From the human T2T-CHM13v2.0 reference genome, Homo sapiens, in NCBI RefSeq assembly GCF_009914755.1, contig NC_060926.1: a stretch of DNA of 64,000 nucleotides; one strand, written 5' to 3'. Shown piece after piece: positions 29,538 through 44,166 of the stretch (within the stretch, counting starts at the first letter, position 1; every line of letters starts with the position of its first letter). The translations under genes and the position numbers were made by a program. The notes beneath the pieces were generated by a model. It ran no database searches. It was given only the letters and a program-made list of their open reading frames with translations, and had not been told where the DNA came from.

Positions 29538-32500
29538 TTATTATTTGAGCATAATGAAAAAGAGAACAAAAATTAGGGACAACTTTCCCTTCCAACTTTC
29601 CAGAATTTTCAACCGGTACAAACCATAAAGTTTTATAACTGCAAGTGTCTGAATGCCTGGCCCACAGTCACTCAGCAGGGCTGCAGCAGAGTCGTGACTT
29701 GAACCCAGGCTTCCTGACCTTTTGTTCCATGTTCTCCTTGCATCCTTTACATGTCAGTGTCTGACTCCGCTTAACAAAATAGTGGAAAAATACTTTGCAC
29801 AGTATTTTTGAAGCCCCAAATTCAAATAAAAGGCATAAAGAAGTGAAAAATTGTAGTTATTTTATGAATTCTCAAGTAAACCACTGTTGTTTGACCAGAA
29901 ATTGTTTATTTTCAAAACAATAAAGATTCACCTAAAACATATTCTGTTTCATGAAGGAAATGTGACAACCTATTCATTACAGTCAGTTACCAATATAGAG
30001 AGCTGTTCCCAAATGTTTAGAATTAGCTGGACTGTCTACTGTAGACACAGAATTTATTTTTTAAAAAACTCTCTTTCCGAGAGTTTCAGTGCTTTCAGAG
30101 CACTGCCTTTTGTTTCTTTGCCTGACGTTGGTGTTTTGCCAAGTGCTGGTATTTGGAGGTTTGATGGACAGCATTCGAAGTGAGGCATCAGTCTTCCTTA
30201 ATTTGTTCAAAGCCTCTTTATGCAGCAGCTAATCCTTCCTAATTATATTTCTAGGAAGGATGTTCTTAACTCAGACGGGAAGAAGACATAGACATTTTGA
30301 CATTAGGATGCACTTCACTCCAAGAAAAGAAATTTGAAAGGAAACACTCTCCCAATTCCCATTCCTTACCCCCTGGGCACAAGCAACCATTTTCCCCTGC
30401 CCCATTTATGAAGCTCTTTTCTCTCCCTCTCCATTCCTCTTTCATTCCTGTGGCTCCTATTTATCTCCTGGCTTAATGAAGCTATTTTGAAGGAGCTAAA
30501 AAAAATTCAGAAAAAACCATTTCCGTGTAGTGAGGCAGGCATTTCACACCTTAATTGCTTTAACGTCTTGAAAGGTGAAAGGTGACCTGTGAGTCTAAAC
30601 AGTTGGAAAATTTAGTGTGCATATTTGAAATGCTTTACATAAAGTTGAAACACTTCACAGTCTCCTTGATTAATTTCTTTGTTGCCGTGCTGCTTTGTAT
30701 TAATTTAATTTAGTGACTTTTATGTGAAAGTAAATATGTAAGTCAGTGGCATTATGTTTATTAGATTATTTTCCTTTAATATTTTAAGCAGACTAAATGC
30801 GGCTTCTGTCAAATGAGTCTTTAATAAATAAATTGCTGTCTGTGAAGTCTTAGTGGCTTTGAATGGTCTTATGAAGTGTGATCTTATCACCTTATGAAGC
30901 AATTTTGTGTTTCTTAGTTTTTTTTAGTGAGGTTGAACATTTTCCACATTTTTATAAGTCCTTCATATTTTTTATGTGGATAACTAACATCTTCACACCC
31001 TTTTCTGTTACATGTGCTTATAATTTTCTTTAATTTCTAAGAGCTCTTTTCATATTAAAGATTGTTTTTATCAAATATTTAAGAATTCTCCAAGGGAAGG
31101 TACTTTTATGCAAAAAATATTATTAGTACTCTGGTTTTTTTTATGCTCAAATTTGGAAGAAACGTCTTAAATTGGATTGTAAAAAATCCCCCCTTGTCCA
31201 TGAGGACAAGAATACAATCTGTTACTCATTGACTGGGTAATTTATTTCAGAATTCTTTGGTCTTCTGAGAGGCTTATTGACTTACACAGACATAAATCGT
31301 AATATACTACTGAACCATCTATAACTTTCCAAGTTCTCTGTGCATTTCTAACTGGTTGCGTTATCTCTGGTTCACCATAGTGAAGATAGAATCTCAGTCC
31401 TCCTGGCCCCCAGAACACAGATTCTCAATAGTTGATTCATTCATTCCATCAGCAGATATTTACTGAGTGCCATCCACATACCAACTACTGTTCTAGGTAC
31501 TCCAATTGGAGGGATCAGGCTAATGTGTCTGCAAAATACTGAATAACATAGCATAATACCTAATAAGCTGCTAAACTATGTGGTGCATAGTATAAATTCT
31601 AATGGCGAGTAAGGAAGGGGGAGATTGGCAGGGGCTGGAGGACTGGACTAAAGGAACATTGACCAGAGTTGGAAGGACTTGGAAAAGTGAAGGAGAGTCT
31701 GGCCTTTAAATAAATAACAGGTGGACGATAGGGTGGGAATGATTCTCCTGTTGGGGAATTGATCTCTTTGTGGGGATTGAAGAATAGCAGGAAATGAGAT
31801 TGGGTGGGCAGGTCCAATTATGGAAAGCCTTGACAGTCAGACAGAGGAGCTCTGTGTAGGGCTCCGAGGAATATGAAGATGGCTCTGATAGTCACTGAAG
31901 AAGTGTCAGGCTCACCCTGGAAAGCCAGGTCAGGTGGGGTGCTAAGAGAGTGTGAGGGAAGGCCTGGGAGGCTGGCTGCTGGGCAGATGAGAGAGAGGGA
32001 GGCCTAGAGGAGCTGGCCCTGTGGAGTGTCTGTCTTGCACAGGGACTTGAGAGGAGAGGGATCTGATTCCCTTTAAAACAGGAAGGATTCAGACTGCCAG
32101 TCAAGAAAATAATTCCTCTGGATTCGGGTTAAGGAATTATGTGTAGTCTAATGTTGATCTCTCTCTCTACCTATGTTAAATGGAATGATATGTAATCTTA
32201 TCCTCTTTAGGAACAGGAAAGTAGGGGATATCATTGAAGGCTTCCTGTTCCTTATTACACTCTATCCCTAGACTCAAATTCATCAACCCATAATCAAAAC
32301 CAGATTTGATTTCCTTCTGTGTTGATCAAACTAACACATCATGCTCTGTAGAATAATCAAGGTCTTTTTTCCTGTTTCAAATGTTCAAGAGTTTTCTACC
32401 TTTATCTTTGTTGGCTTTATAGCTTTGCCATAACTACTTTTTGTTATCTCTACCCCTATCGATATCAACTTCCGTGTATCTTCTCTGTGTTTTTCTTGCT

Positions 32501-32961
32501 ACACTAGGAGTGATCCACTCACCTATATTCCTCCTCCTTTAGGTGACAGAAGTCCTACATCTTGATTATCCTGTATTGGTGAACTGGAAAGGAACCTTGG
32601 GTAATCACACACAGATGTATAATAACCAACAGGTTGTTAGGCTCTAAATGTCTTCCTAGCTGGACTGCATTCTCATTAGTTATTATTTAAAATAATATAA
32701 AATAAGTAACAGTATGACACAAAAATTGCATATGTATTTGATACTATTAATAAAGCAGTTTTTGTTTCAGACTTATATTCATTTAATTTAGCTATTAAGG
32801 TCTAAAGTTGCTAGGAAAGTTTTTGTGATTTGCTTTGTGAAGTAGTGTAGTAACATGCTGCTTGATAAAAATAATGGTAATTGCCTTTCACAGAATCAGA
32901 AATGCTTTTCATACCTAGTGAGGAAATGCTATACTTCTTTTAAAAAACTTACATATCCATA

Positions 32962-33078
32962 TCAGCTTTATGTTCAGATTAATTTAGGATGTTCATAAAA
33001 AACAAGGATTTGATCAAGCTCAGCTTTATGTTCAAATAATTTAGGATGTTCATGAAAAACAAGGATTTGATCAAGCTC
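32962..33078. repeat. Two-copy 58/57-bp tandem duplication
   Basis: tcagctttatgttca...aacaaggatttgatcaagc starts at 32962 and again at 33020. Confidence 0.92.
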
Positions 33079-36000
33079 CATTAGGAAGTCTTTGACAAGA
33101 AACCGAAAGAAATGATTGGGACTTTCAATTTCACATGTATTTGTTGAATATTTACTGTGTGCCAGGCAGTGTCCTAGCAGCCAAACTAAATAGTCTTTAG
33201 TTTCAATGAATAATTGATAACTGGAATGTTTCTTCCATCATTTCTAGTGTAAGTGGTTTTTTTTTCATTTTTAGTAGAGAGCTATATTTTCATAGGACAA
33301 AACATGTAATACTGTCCCCTCTGTTGATATTAAGTCAGATATTTTATCTGTTCAGTCAAAGCCCAGTTCTGGTGTTAATGGGCCTGGATTTAATTAATTA
33401 AAGGATTAACTTACTGTATCATTACCTGTGTGCACCAGGCACCCTTCTGAATTGCAGACAGCATGTAGGAAGATCTAACTAAACTTTAACCTTACAAGTA
33501 CAAACCACTTCTAGGTGTTCTCAGGTGTGAACAATCAGATGCAAGCGGGAAAGAGATCAGAAACACTGACAATAATAATGCATGAAATAATAGCTCCTGT
33601 AGAGTTTTAGAAGAAAGGGTTGAGCTGACTATGGTGGGGGAAAAAAGGGACTTTTTTTTTTTTTTTTTAATGTGTGTGATGTTCTACAGAAACAGCAATC
33701 TGAAAGCTAACTGGCTGCAGCTGGATGGACTTTCTTTTGTATGGAGACGCTGCCTCTAGTGTTTAGGAAAAAATGCACACTAGAAAATAGTGCAACATTA
33801 TGGTGCCATCTGTCTTGAAAATGAATTATTTTTTATTGTCTGCTTTATAGTAGTTCCCAGACAAAACTTGAAAAAACTTCAACTAGCTTTGGTGCTATTT
33901 TGCGTATGGACAGTTTCAGCAGGCAGAAGCCTTTAAAGTTGTATTTCAAAGCGCCTCAGGAGTTATCGATGTGATGTGATGAGACTGTTTGCCATATAAG
34001 CCTCTCAAGAGGCCACAGCCCTAACCCCCTCCCCGGCTCCCTGGGGGACAGGAGAGCAGATGGAGTCGTGTTTGCATCATTCACCGTCCTAATTGGGTTT
34101 GTGACTGGCTGTTAGGGCATCTTTCTCTCAGATGGCATTTTCTTCTTTAATTCAAAGTTTCACTTTCTCCTTAGCAGCGTTCTGGATTGTTTTTGAGGGA
34201 ACGATGGCATGGATACGCAAATCTACAGAGTTAGAAGAAAGAGACGAGACTTGAAGGATTGTTGTTCTAAAAAAAAAAAAAGGCTAAAATGCATTTATTT
34301 CTCAGACTTCTTTAGAATAAGTGCAAATGAAAAAGAATACTGAAAACATTTTCAGAACCCATGAAAACACTTGTCGGTATTAATATAATTAAGGTATTTA
34401 AGTTTAAATGTTTAAAGCTGATCTTTGAGGTGTTTTAGCTGGGCTTCTACTTGAAATTTTGTAGTGTGAATGTATATCAACTATTTATAAACTAGCTGAA
34501 GGGAGTTAAGCTATTAATGTTTGGATTTTAAAAATCTATAAGGATCAGAAAATGGGTTTTGTATTCCATATCATCTAGAATGATGACAGGCCTGGAAGCA
34601 TAGGACAGAGCTGGCACATTTTCAAAGGAATTCTTCCCTGGTCTGGATACTATAATGAGCACAACTGCATTTTGGTGGATTTATTATATACAGTACACAA
34701 CATATATAACCATTTGGAAGTTGGGTTTGCTTTCTGGTTAGAGGTGCACTGGTTATAGCTGATTATGTATAGGGTTTGAAATAGCATCTGGTTAAAAATT
34801 TGAGGGGCTGACATTTCCTCTCAGAGACTGGTGAAAATGAATAAATACGCAATATGGAAATATCCATGCCAATCAATTAGTAGAAGGGTTTAAATAAAAA
34901 AAAAAGGATGCAATTTGAACATTTACGATTATGCCAGTGGGCAGCAGGTGGCAAGCTTTGCTTTTCAATGTTCTTCGGTTTTATTTTTATACCGCAGAAT
35001 GCCAAAATTTGAAGAGGGGGGTTTAACTCCACTGGAATATGTCATTTCTTGGCAGTGCAACCTCGAACCACCTTCTTTGCTCATTGTGCATAATTGCCTT
35101 TCTTTGGATGCCGTAGCCGACCCTTGGTTCCCCTTGTTGCCGATGGATAGGAATTAATTCATATGAGCAATGTTCTATTCTCTTGTGATTTTAGCAACAC
35201 GTTGCTAATGGAGAAAATAAATTAGAAACAAATGAGTTTCTTAAAGCAGTCCTTGTATGATTTATAAGAGATTTTCTTGTGTAGTTTTACTTAGTTCTAA
35301 ATGACACATAAATTGCTTTTAATTTAAAAAATTCTAACTGGCTATATACCTTGATATGGAGATGAGAAGTAAGCAAAACTGCGTAGAGTTCCATGAAAGT
35401 GTTTTGAAAAATTAGAGAGGAAAAACACATTTTGAGACCAGAATAGAAGACCATTATCTTTTCATAGGCTAAACTGTGTAGTCAGGATTTGAATTTTAAA
35501 TCCGGAAAAGAGAGCAAGCTTGAAATGGGAGTGATGGTGAGGTGGACACCAAATTATTTTATAGTCTACTGTATTTCTTCATACTTTCTAGATAAAAAAT
35601 TCTTTTTGGGTTGTTTTATGCATTGTGAGAAATTCGGAAGAATGGAGAAGAATGCAAAAGCATATCAAATCACTGTAAACATTTAATAGTCTACAAATAT
35701 TTAACACTTGCTGTGTACTCAGTTTTTTGTAGGCCGTTTGTTAGAATTGAGTTCACATGGGGTATAATTCTACGTTCACGACTTGACATTCTCAACCTCA
35801 GTTCAGCATTTTTTCTTTTTAGAAAAGAGATCGTTCATAATGATTATAATTTACAACACACATATTTTAAAGGATAGTAATAAAAAAACCCAAACTGTTG
35901 TACCCACTACGTAGCTGAAGAAATAAAAACACTGTTGTCATTATCTTAGAGGCTCTTACGTGGTCCTTGTTAATTCCTTTATCCTTTTTTCCCAGAAAAT

Positions 36001-36166
36001 AATTTATATCAGTTATTTCCTGCTTTTCTTTATAGTGTTACCACATTTTTAGGTATATCTGGATACTGTGCTGTTTAGTTTTTGACTTTTAAACAAATGT
36101 CATATTGTTTGTATTCTTCTGAGACTTGCTTTTCTTGCTCAAGGTGTTTTTGACATTCTTCTGTAA

Positions 36167-36364
36167 CAGTGGCTCTCAAACTGGAGCATGAATCAGAATC
36201 GCCGGTGGAGGGCTTGCTAGATAAAATACGGCTTGTTGGGCCCCACCTCAGAGTTTCCGATTTGGTGGGTCTGGGGAGGGGTGGAGAATTTGGGTGGCTG
36301 ACAAACTCGCAGGTGGTGCCAATGCTGAATGCTGCTGGAGGGGTCCGCACTTTGAGAACCACTG
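36167..36364 (+). mobile_element. MER5A inside an old L1M
   Basis: Terminal inverted repeats cagtggctctcaaa ... tttgagaaccactg. Confidence 0.85.
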
Positions 36365-36365
36365 A

Positions 36366-36861
<496 letters not shown>

Positions 36862-37753
36862 TAGAAAAATATCAAAATGCTTCCCTCATATTAAGGGTAG
36901 GTGTTGTTTCATGAAACTTTTGTTTTTGGAACACACACTGCTATGTAAAATGGCTTTCTTACAGTGAACTCGTCAAAAAATGCTTAAAAGCCTCTTGTCC
37001 AGAGTAGTTACATTGATCATGCTTTCTTTATAAAATGGGATCCATTTCTATCTCATTGCTATATTTTTCTAGATTTTCTTCTAAAAGCTTTTTCTTTCAC
37101 ATTTCCTGTAATGTACCTGGAAATGATTTTTGAGTATGTGTGATTTTTTTTCCATATGGCTAACTTATTGTCTTAGCACTATTTATTGACTAATTCTCCC
37201 CCTGTCCCTCTCATAAAAAAAATTATAAAAAACTACCATATCATATATGTTTCATTCAAGTTTCTAAATATGTAAGTCTGTTTCTCCATCCTCTATCCTA
37301 CTGTGTTGGTCTTTTGAGTATCCTTAAGTCAGTGCCATGCTACTGAAAGTGCTGCAATTGTGTAGTAAGTCTTGGAAGGTGTAATAATCATCTGTGTCTC
37401 TTGTGCTGGGTTCTGGCTGATTTCTTCTAGTTTATTAATCTGCTATTCTGTTATACCCACTGTCATCTTTTCAAGTGTTATTTATTTTTTAATCTCTGAA
37501 AGTTCTATTTGACTCTTTTCAAATTTCCTTAGTGTATGTTGTCTTATTATTTAGTCATATTTTTGACCTCTTTCTACATATTAAATATACATTGTGTATC
37601 TTATAGTTGCAGTCTTAATAATCTACAGTTGTTACTGGACTGATTTGGCACTTTTATTTTTCCTCTGATTCTGGCTTGTTTCCTTGTTCATTTTGTGATT
37701 TCTGATTGTGAGTATTCATTGGAATTTTATTTCTAGAATTCCTGAAGATATAG

Positions 37754-38059
37754 TTTTTATTTTATTTATTTTTTTGAGAAAAGGCCTCACTCTGTCGCTC
37801 AGGCTAGAGTGCCGTGGCATGACCATGGCTCACTGCAGCCTTGACCTGCTGGGCTTAAGCAATTCTCCCACCTCAGCCACCCAAGTAACTGGAGTTACAG
37901 GTGTGTGCCACCATAGCCAGCTAATTTTTAAAATTTTTTGGAGAGATGAGGTGTCATTATGTTGCCTAGGTTGGTCTTCAACTCCCGAACTCAAGCAGTC
38001 CCCCTGCCTTGGCCTCCCAAGGTGCTGGGCTTACAGGGCATGAGCCACCGCACCTAGCC
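37754..38059 (-). mobile_element. AluJ
   Basis: 'catggctcactgcagccttgacc', 'aactcaagcagtcc'. Confidence 0.88.
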
Positions 38060-41000
38060 AAGATCCTGTTTTAAGGAGGATTCCTACAGAGGAGAGCACT
38101 TGTGTCTGCTTTTAACAAGTCTCCTAGTGGGGTACTACCCATTCAGGTTGCTTTTAATTAAATGTTGGGGTTATTATTGTTTTGATCACTCAGATACTTT
38201 TTAATTTGAATGCCAAACCAACATAAAGGCGAACTTGTGGGTTAGGAATTCTCACCTGAGATTTATGCTGTTGCTTGTTTTCGTGTTTACCCAAAGCCCA
38301 AACTAAGACAGATGCGACTCCTCCTGTTCTCTCAGCAGTGCAGTGTTTGGTTTTTTGGTTTCCCCTGCAGAAAGTTTTAACACGAGGGTTTCTGATCTAA
38401 TCTTTTACCTTATGCAGCACCAAGCTTTGTCTCTGTGCCCCATGAAGCATGTTAAAACCTGTAATCTAGGCATCCAGAAATGGCAGATGCCCCTCCAGGG
38501 AAAATTCCTGTTCTGGAGCCAACTCATTTCCCTGGATTCATGCTCTCTGGTCGTTCCTGGCCTGTGAAGATTTCTCTTACTTTCTTGACATCTCAGCCAT
38601 ATTTTATATTTTGTCCAGCAATCTTAGTTGTTTTATCCTGGCAAATTTTCTCTGGACATCTTATCCTCTGTTTTGCCAGAATTAGAGATCCTAGTTAATT
38701 TATTTTAAAGAGTTCGAGTTCTGAGAAGTAGAAAATATTTGGAGGCTAGACCATAAAGTTTCCTGTGCTGCAAGGAACCCATAGCACTGTTGAATGACTA
38801 TACGCTTGAGTCTTTGGAAAGACTCAGATGTTCTTTTCCTTGTCATTTATGACATGAGAAGTCTTAGGAAAATGTCTTTGTTTTTGCCGGAGCCTCATCT
38901 AACCAGTGGCCAGTGAGCCTGGGAGATGTGTAGGATCCTCTGGGGCTGCTTCTCGCATCTCTGCCTCTGGGTGCCTGCCTCTGGGCACCTGCCTGGGACA
39001 TCTGCGCTCAGGGCTCTGCCTCCAGTTCCCGCCCTTTGTCTTTTTGTCCCCAGCCTAGTTGTGAAATCTCATCTCCTGGTTCTTCATTTTGCTCAGTAGT
39101 TTCATTTGGGCAGTCTCTAGCTCTCACAAACATGTACTCGAAGAGTACTGATTAGTGTGTTCAGAGGTTAAATTGGCCTTTGTGTGTTATAATCCCACTC
39201 TTCTCTTTGAGGGTTTGATGAGAGAAAATTGAAGTTCTGTTCATTATCATTCTAGGAAGAGTAAATGGATAGTAATTTAGGGGTAGGAAAGGGGCAAATG
39301 CATAGTTGTTGCTTTTACTCCAGTAGCATCTGACAGGAGAAAAAAAAAAAACCAAAACCCATAATTGTTCTTTCGGAGAGAGAAACCCCACCTGTATATA
39401 TTTTTTAAGCTGTAAATACTCCTGAATGAATTTTGGTAGCTTTGGTAGCTATAAGGGGAAACAGTATTGTATCCATCTTGAGTGTCCTTCTTACCTCTTA
39501 TACTACATTTATCATCTTTAATTCTGCTTTAGACTCATCCCTTGCAGTGGCCACCTGTAACTTGGCAGCCTGCAGGGCATTGCCAAATATATCGAGACAC
39601 CAAGTAAAATATCTTTTGTAACCAAAATTAAAATCAACTATATTTTTGGCTGACCAGTTCTAATCCCAGACTTGTCTAAATCATTGAGAAATTATATGTT
39701 GTGTTTGTGGGGGGCCATAATAATATAATCATAGTCAATTAAATTAAATTGAGGGAGTGAATGGAATTAAACATTTTTTTTTACCCTGTATTTCTTTTTC
39801 AGGAATCTGAGTTGGAATTTGATAACCATCAGTTTATTATAACAGGGTCAGTACTGGAGTGATAATGGGTTCGGAAAGGCAGGTTCTGGGCAAGGGAAAG
39901 CTGATAATGGTTGCTTACGGTTGAGGTTTTAGATGACGAAGCTTGGTTTTGTGTGTGATTTAGATTGGGACTGCACCAAAATGAGGAAGGAGAGTAGGTG
40001 TAAAATCTCGGGAGTGCAGGGGAGGAATCAAGGAGCAGCCAGAAAAGAGAGATCGAATGGGACCGGTTTTGGAATCTGGGAGTGGTTGGGGAAGGCTAGG
40101 TAGAGTAGGGCATGGAGGCCCATAGAGATTTCATTCCTTGGTATGGAAGAAAAATGAGCAAGAGTTACTTGAAGGGTAAGCAGTGGTTTGAGATCCTGGG
40201 TCCTGATTATAGGAGGCAGTAATCAGTAGTTAGTGAGATCCTGAAAGCAGGAGAGGGCTGCTCAGAGAGAATTCACAGGGCATCCAACTGTGAGTGTAGA
40301 CCCAGATGCTTGGAGCAGTGGGTATGAGAAACTCAAGCTCCTGAGAGCGCTGTCTGCCAACACACATGACGATTAGCAGACCCTTCCTGGTGGTTAAGGA
40401 GCTCACAGGTCAGTGGAAGACATACCTGCATTCTGCGCATATGTGTACATGCATAGAATAATATTTCTTTGTAATAAAGGTAATGAGAGGAGCTTTGCAG
40501 CAGGTGATCTGGGAGTTCCAAGAAGAGGGATGTGCCTTTTCCTACTCCACAGAACCTAAACTCATTTCAAAGCCCTTGGTAAACACGTTCATCTACTGCC
40601 TCCTCAACCACATATGTCACTGCTCTCCAATCCACGCCTCACTGTCTCTTCCCTCTTCCTGCTCCTTTTCTGCTCCACACTTTGTGTTCCTGCCTGTCAA
40701 ATCCTCCCTTGAATGGTAATGTCAGGTATTTTGCATGCATTACTTGTGACAGGAGACATTCAGATGATTGAACTATTTACTGGACAGCACAGGCATAGAG
40801 CAGTTGGAACAGAGCCGGCTGCAGTGCAGGGTCACTTGCTTTTCTGGAGGTTATTCCCTTAGTGCTTGTGCTGTGTGGCGGGGAGGTCTGAGGGAGGTTT
40901 GGTGGGATGATAATGACACCTGGGAGACTCAGGATAGCAGCTCTTTACCATTTGCTATGGAAGAAGTCTGACAATTTTACAATGGTCACACTGTGCTGGT

Positions 41001-41279
41001 ACCTACCAGCTGACTGTCAGACTGCCTCACAACTACCCCACCGTTAATACCTTCCTTTTATAGATCTGGAAAATTAGTTTTCTTTAGAAGAGTCAAGTAA
41101 CCTGCCAAAATGACAGCTAGTAAGTGAGAATTAGACTTGAACCCAAGCCTGTGTGACCTCAAAGAATGATTAAGAGGTCTCTACCACCATACCACATAGC
41201 CCACCGAGTAGAGTCTTGTGTTGCTCACTGTCTTGTCTGGGTCAGGCCTCTTTATTATTTGTTTATTTATTTTTTCTAG

Positions 41280-41621
<342 letters not shown>

Positions 41622-44166
41622 CAGACTGTGTCTTTTCTGTATTCCCAGTGCCTAATCTGGAATGGAGCACATGATAAATAGCATTCATTCCTTTATTTAT
41701 TCTGCAAACTCTTAATGAACACCTGCTATGTGTCAACCTTTGTATTAGGGCATAAACAGATAAATAAGGCAGGATAGTCACCCTTAAATAACCCACAGTT
41801 TACTGGAAGTCTCAGTCTCTCCCTCTGTCTCTCTCTTGCTCACACACATATATAATTATAATGATAAAGATATGTACCAGATGCATCTAGTTGCATTTAT
41901 TTGAAGAGGTGAGGTAGCTGAGAGTGATAATGGTATGTGTATCCTTTACAGGATACTACCAAACTGTTTGCTATAGTGACTATACCATTTTGTTTCCTTA
42001 CCAGCCGTGTATGAAAGTTTTAGTTGCTCCACATCCTCATCAGCACTTAGTATTGTCAGTTTTTTCTTTGTGCCATTCTAATAGGTGTATAGTCGTAGCT
42101 CATTGGGCTTTTAATGTGAATTTTTCTAGTGATCAATCTTTTCACATGCTTTTGAGTATCTTTGCATATGCGTACTTGCCATCCATAGATCTTCTTTGGT
42201 GAAGTGGACCTTTAGCCCATGTTTTTAATTGTGCTATTTATTTTCTTACTTGTTGATATGACTAACTTTTAACAGAACTTTCTTTTCAGGAATTTGTTAA
42301 TTAGGTTTCAAGTACATTTGATATAAACAGTTTATAAAATGCTTCAAACAACATGCTCTAGGAGTGGTTGCCAGGGAAAACTAAAATGGACTTTGATCCC
42401 GACTGGGGCAAGAGTGATGAAGATGAGGTTTTTTCTGTGCTTTTCCTCAGTGTGATTTTGAAACAGGAGGACAGAGCAAAGGGAGAGAAATAGGAGCCAA
42501 AAAGCTCAGGAGGGACTTTGATCTTCAGTCTAAAAGGGAAAACAGGGATTCTCTTGGTTGCCAGTGGAAGCTGGAAGGATTAGACACGCCAAACGGATGG
42601 TTTACTCTGATGAGAAAAGCAACTGGACAACAACAGCAAAAAACACTGCAAGGCCCAATTCCCATCCTTTTCAGCCCAAAATTGGAGGAGGCCAGACCAA
42701 TGGGAGGTTTCTGTCACTGAAGATGAGGTCACATTATTTTGTCATCCAGACTGATCTAAGCAGATACTTTTAGGAAAGGTAAGAATGCCTTGATCTATGC
42801 CTAGATATTTACAATAGGCGGCAATTTTTGACATTTATGTTGTTACGCTAATAAATTGGTATTTTTTAAAAAAATATTTGGCTGATTATGTAAAAACTGT
42901 TTTGGGAAGGAGTCTATATAAAGCTAAAACACTCCCTGCCTCCTGTCTCTGACTTGCAGGCCTTGTGCCATTGGGAAAAAAAACAGCCAGGCCTATGGTT
43001 TAAGGCCTTCTGGGCATCTGACTACCTGCACCCCAGCACTGTCTACACAGTTTGTGTACATGAGTATTTTTATGGGGAATGGTTACAGAGCTCTTCTCAG
43101 CCTCAGGGAGGCCTATAATCCCCAAACGGCTGTGAACCGCTGTTCTAGAGGGTGAGATTGGCAAATTCACTACAGTGATGGCACAGCAAATGTTCCATGT
43201 CTCAGCTTGAAAACATTATGGCAGGAAGTCCTGCGTCAGATGAAATTAGGTATACATTAAAGTAGTGGGATTGAGCCCAGAGCCTTTTCAACTCTTGTAT
43301 ATAACAGCTTTGATTCTCTTCCTGACATAATGAGTCTATAATAATTGGTCAAGAATTTTTTTTTTTTACTTATTAAAAGAACCACCTCAGATAATATGTT
43401 CCTGATTATGTAACTATAATTATAAAAAATCGTATATTATTGTGTTTAATAAAAATCAAAATTTATAGGCTGGGTCTAATATATGCATCTTGCCATGCTG
43501 TATTTTGGAGAAGACAGTAGAGTGTAAGCTATGATCTTTTTGAGAAGACAGGAGCCACGTGCGCAGACCATGAAGTCCAGAGGAGGGTGGTGGAGGGAGA
43601 GAGTGTTTCAGGCTAGAATGGCCGGTTTTAGCTGTGGATGGAAAGGTAGTATTTGATGGACCAAGAGGAGAGGAAATCTGTAAGCAATTGCTCAGAGGAG
43701 GAGGAAGTAGAAGAAGGAATTTGGCTGAGCATGTTTTACATGAAGTATTCCTATTAGGGGAGTAGCCATAAGTGAGGGTGAGAATGCAACACAGGTGAAA
43801 TAACATTTTGGGAAATTTATCTGGTGGTGGAGGACCAGGCGGTGGAGGACCAGGCATAGAGAAGGGAAGAGACTAAAATGAGAGACGGTGTTTAAATAGT
43901 TAATGCAATCACATAGTCATGAAGAGGGAGGGCTTAAGCAAAAAGGAAGGGATAGCTAGGAGAGCCCTTGTAGAGGGTGGAGAAGGCAGGCTGTGCCCTA
44001 TTCAAGGAAAGGGAGGCAGTGGGTCAGGTGATTCCACTGACTCTTAGACTCTATATTCACAGTATAGATTTCTGTTCGTTTTTTTTTTTTCTTCAAAAGC
44101 CTTTAAAAATGTTCAAAAGGAAAGCATTTAGACCTTTTATGAAATAGAGTTGTTAAAGGAAAAAGT

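Noticed and set aside
33745-33765. CTCF site (ACACTAGAGGCAGC on the - strand)
   Set aside because: One base short of the core motif spacing; not supportable from sequence.
43456-43857. Proline-rich 133-aa ORF (MPGPPPPGPPPP)
   Set aside because: The proline run comes from a 15-bp tandem duplication (ggtggaggaccaggc x2) in purine-rich, probably old-repeat DNA; no recognisable homology.
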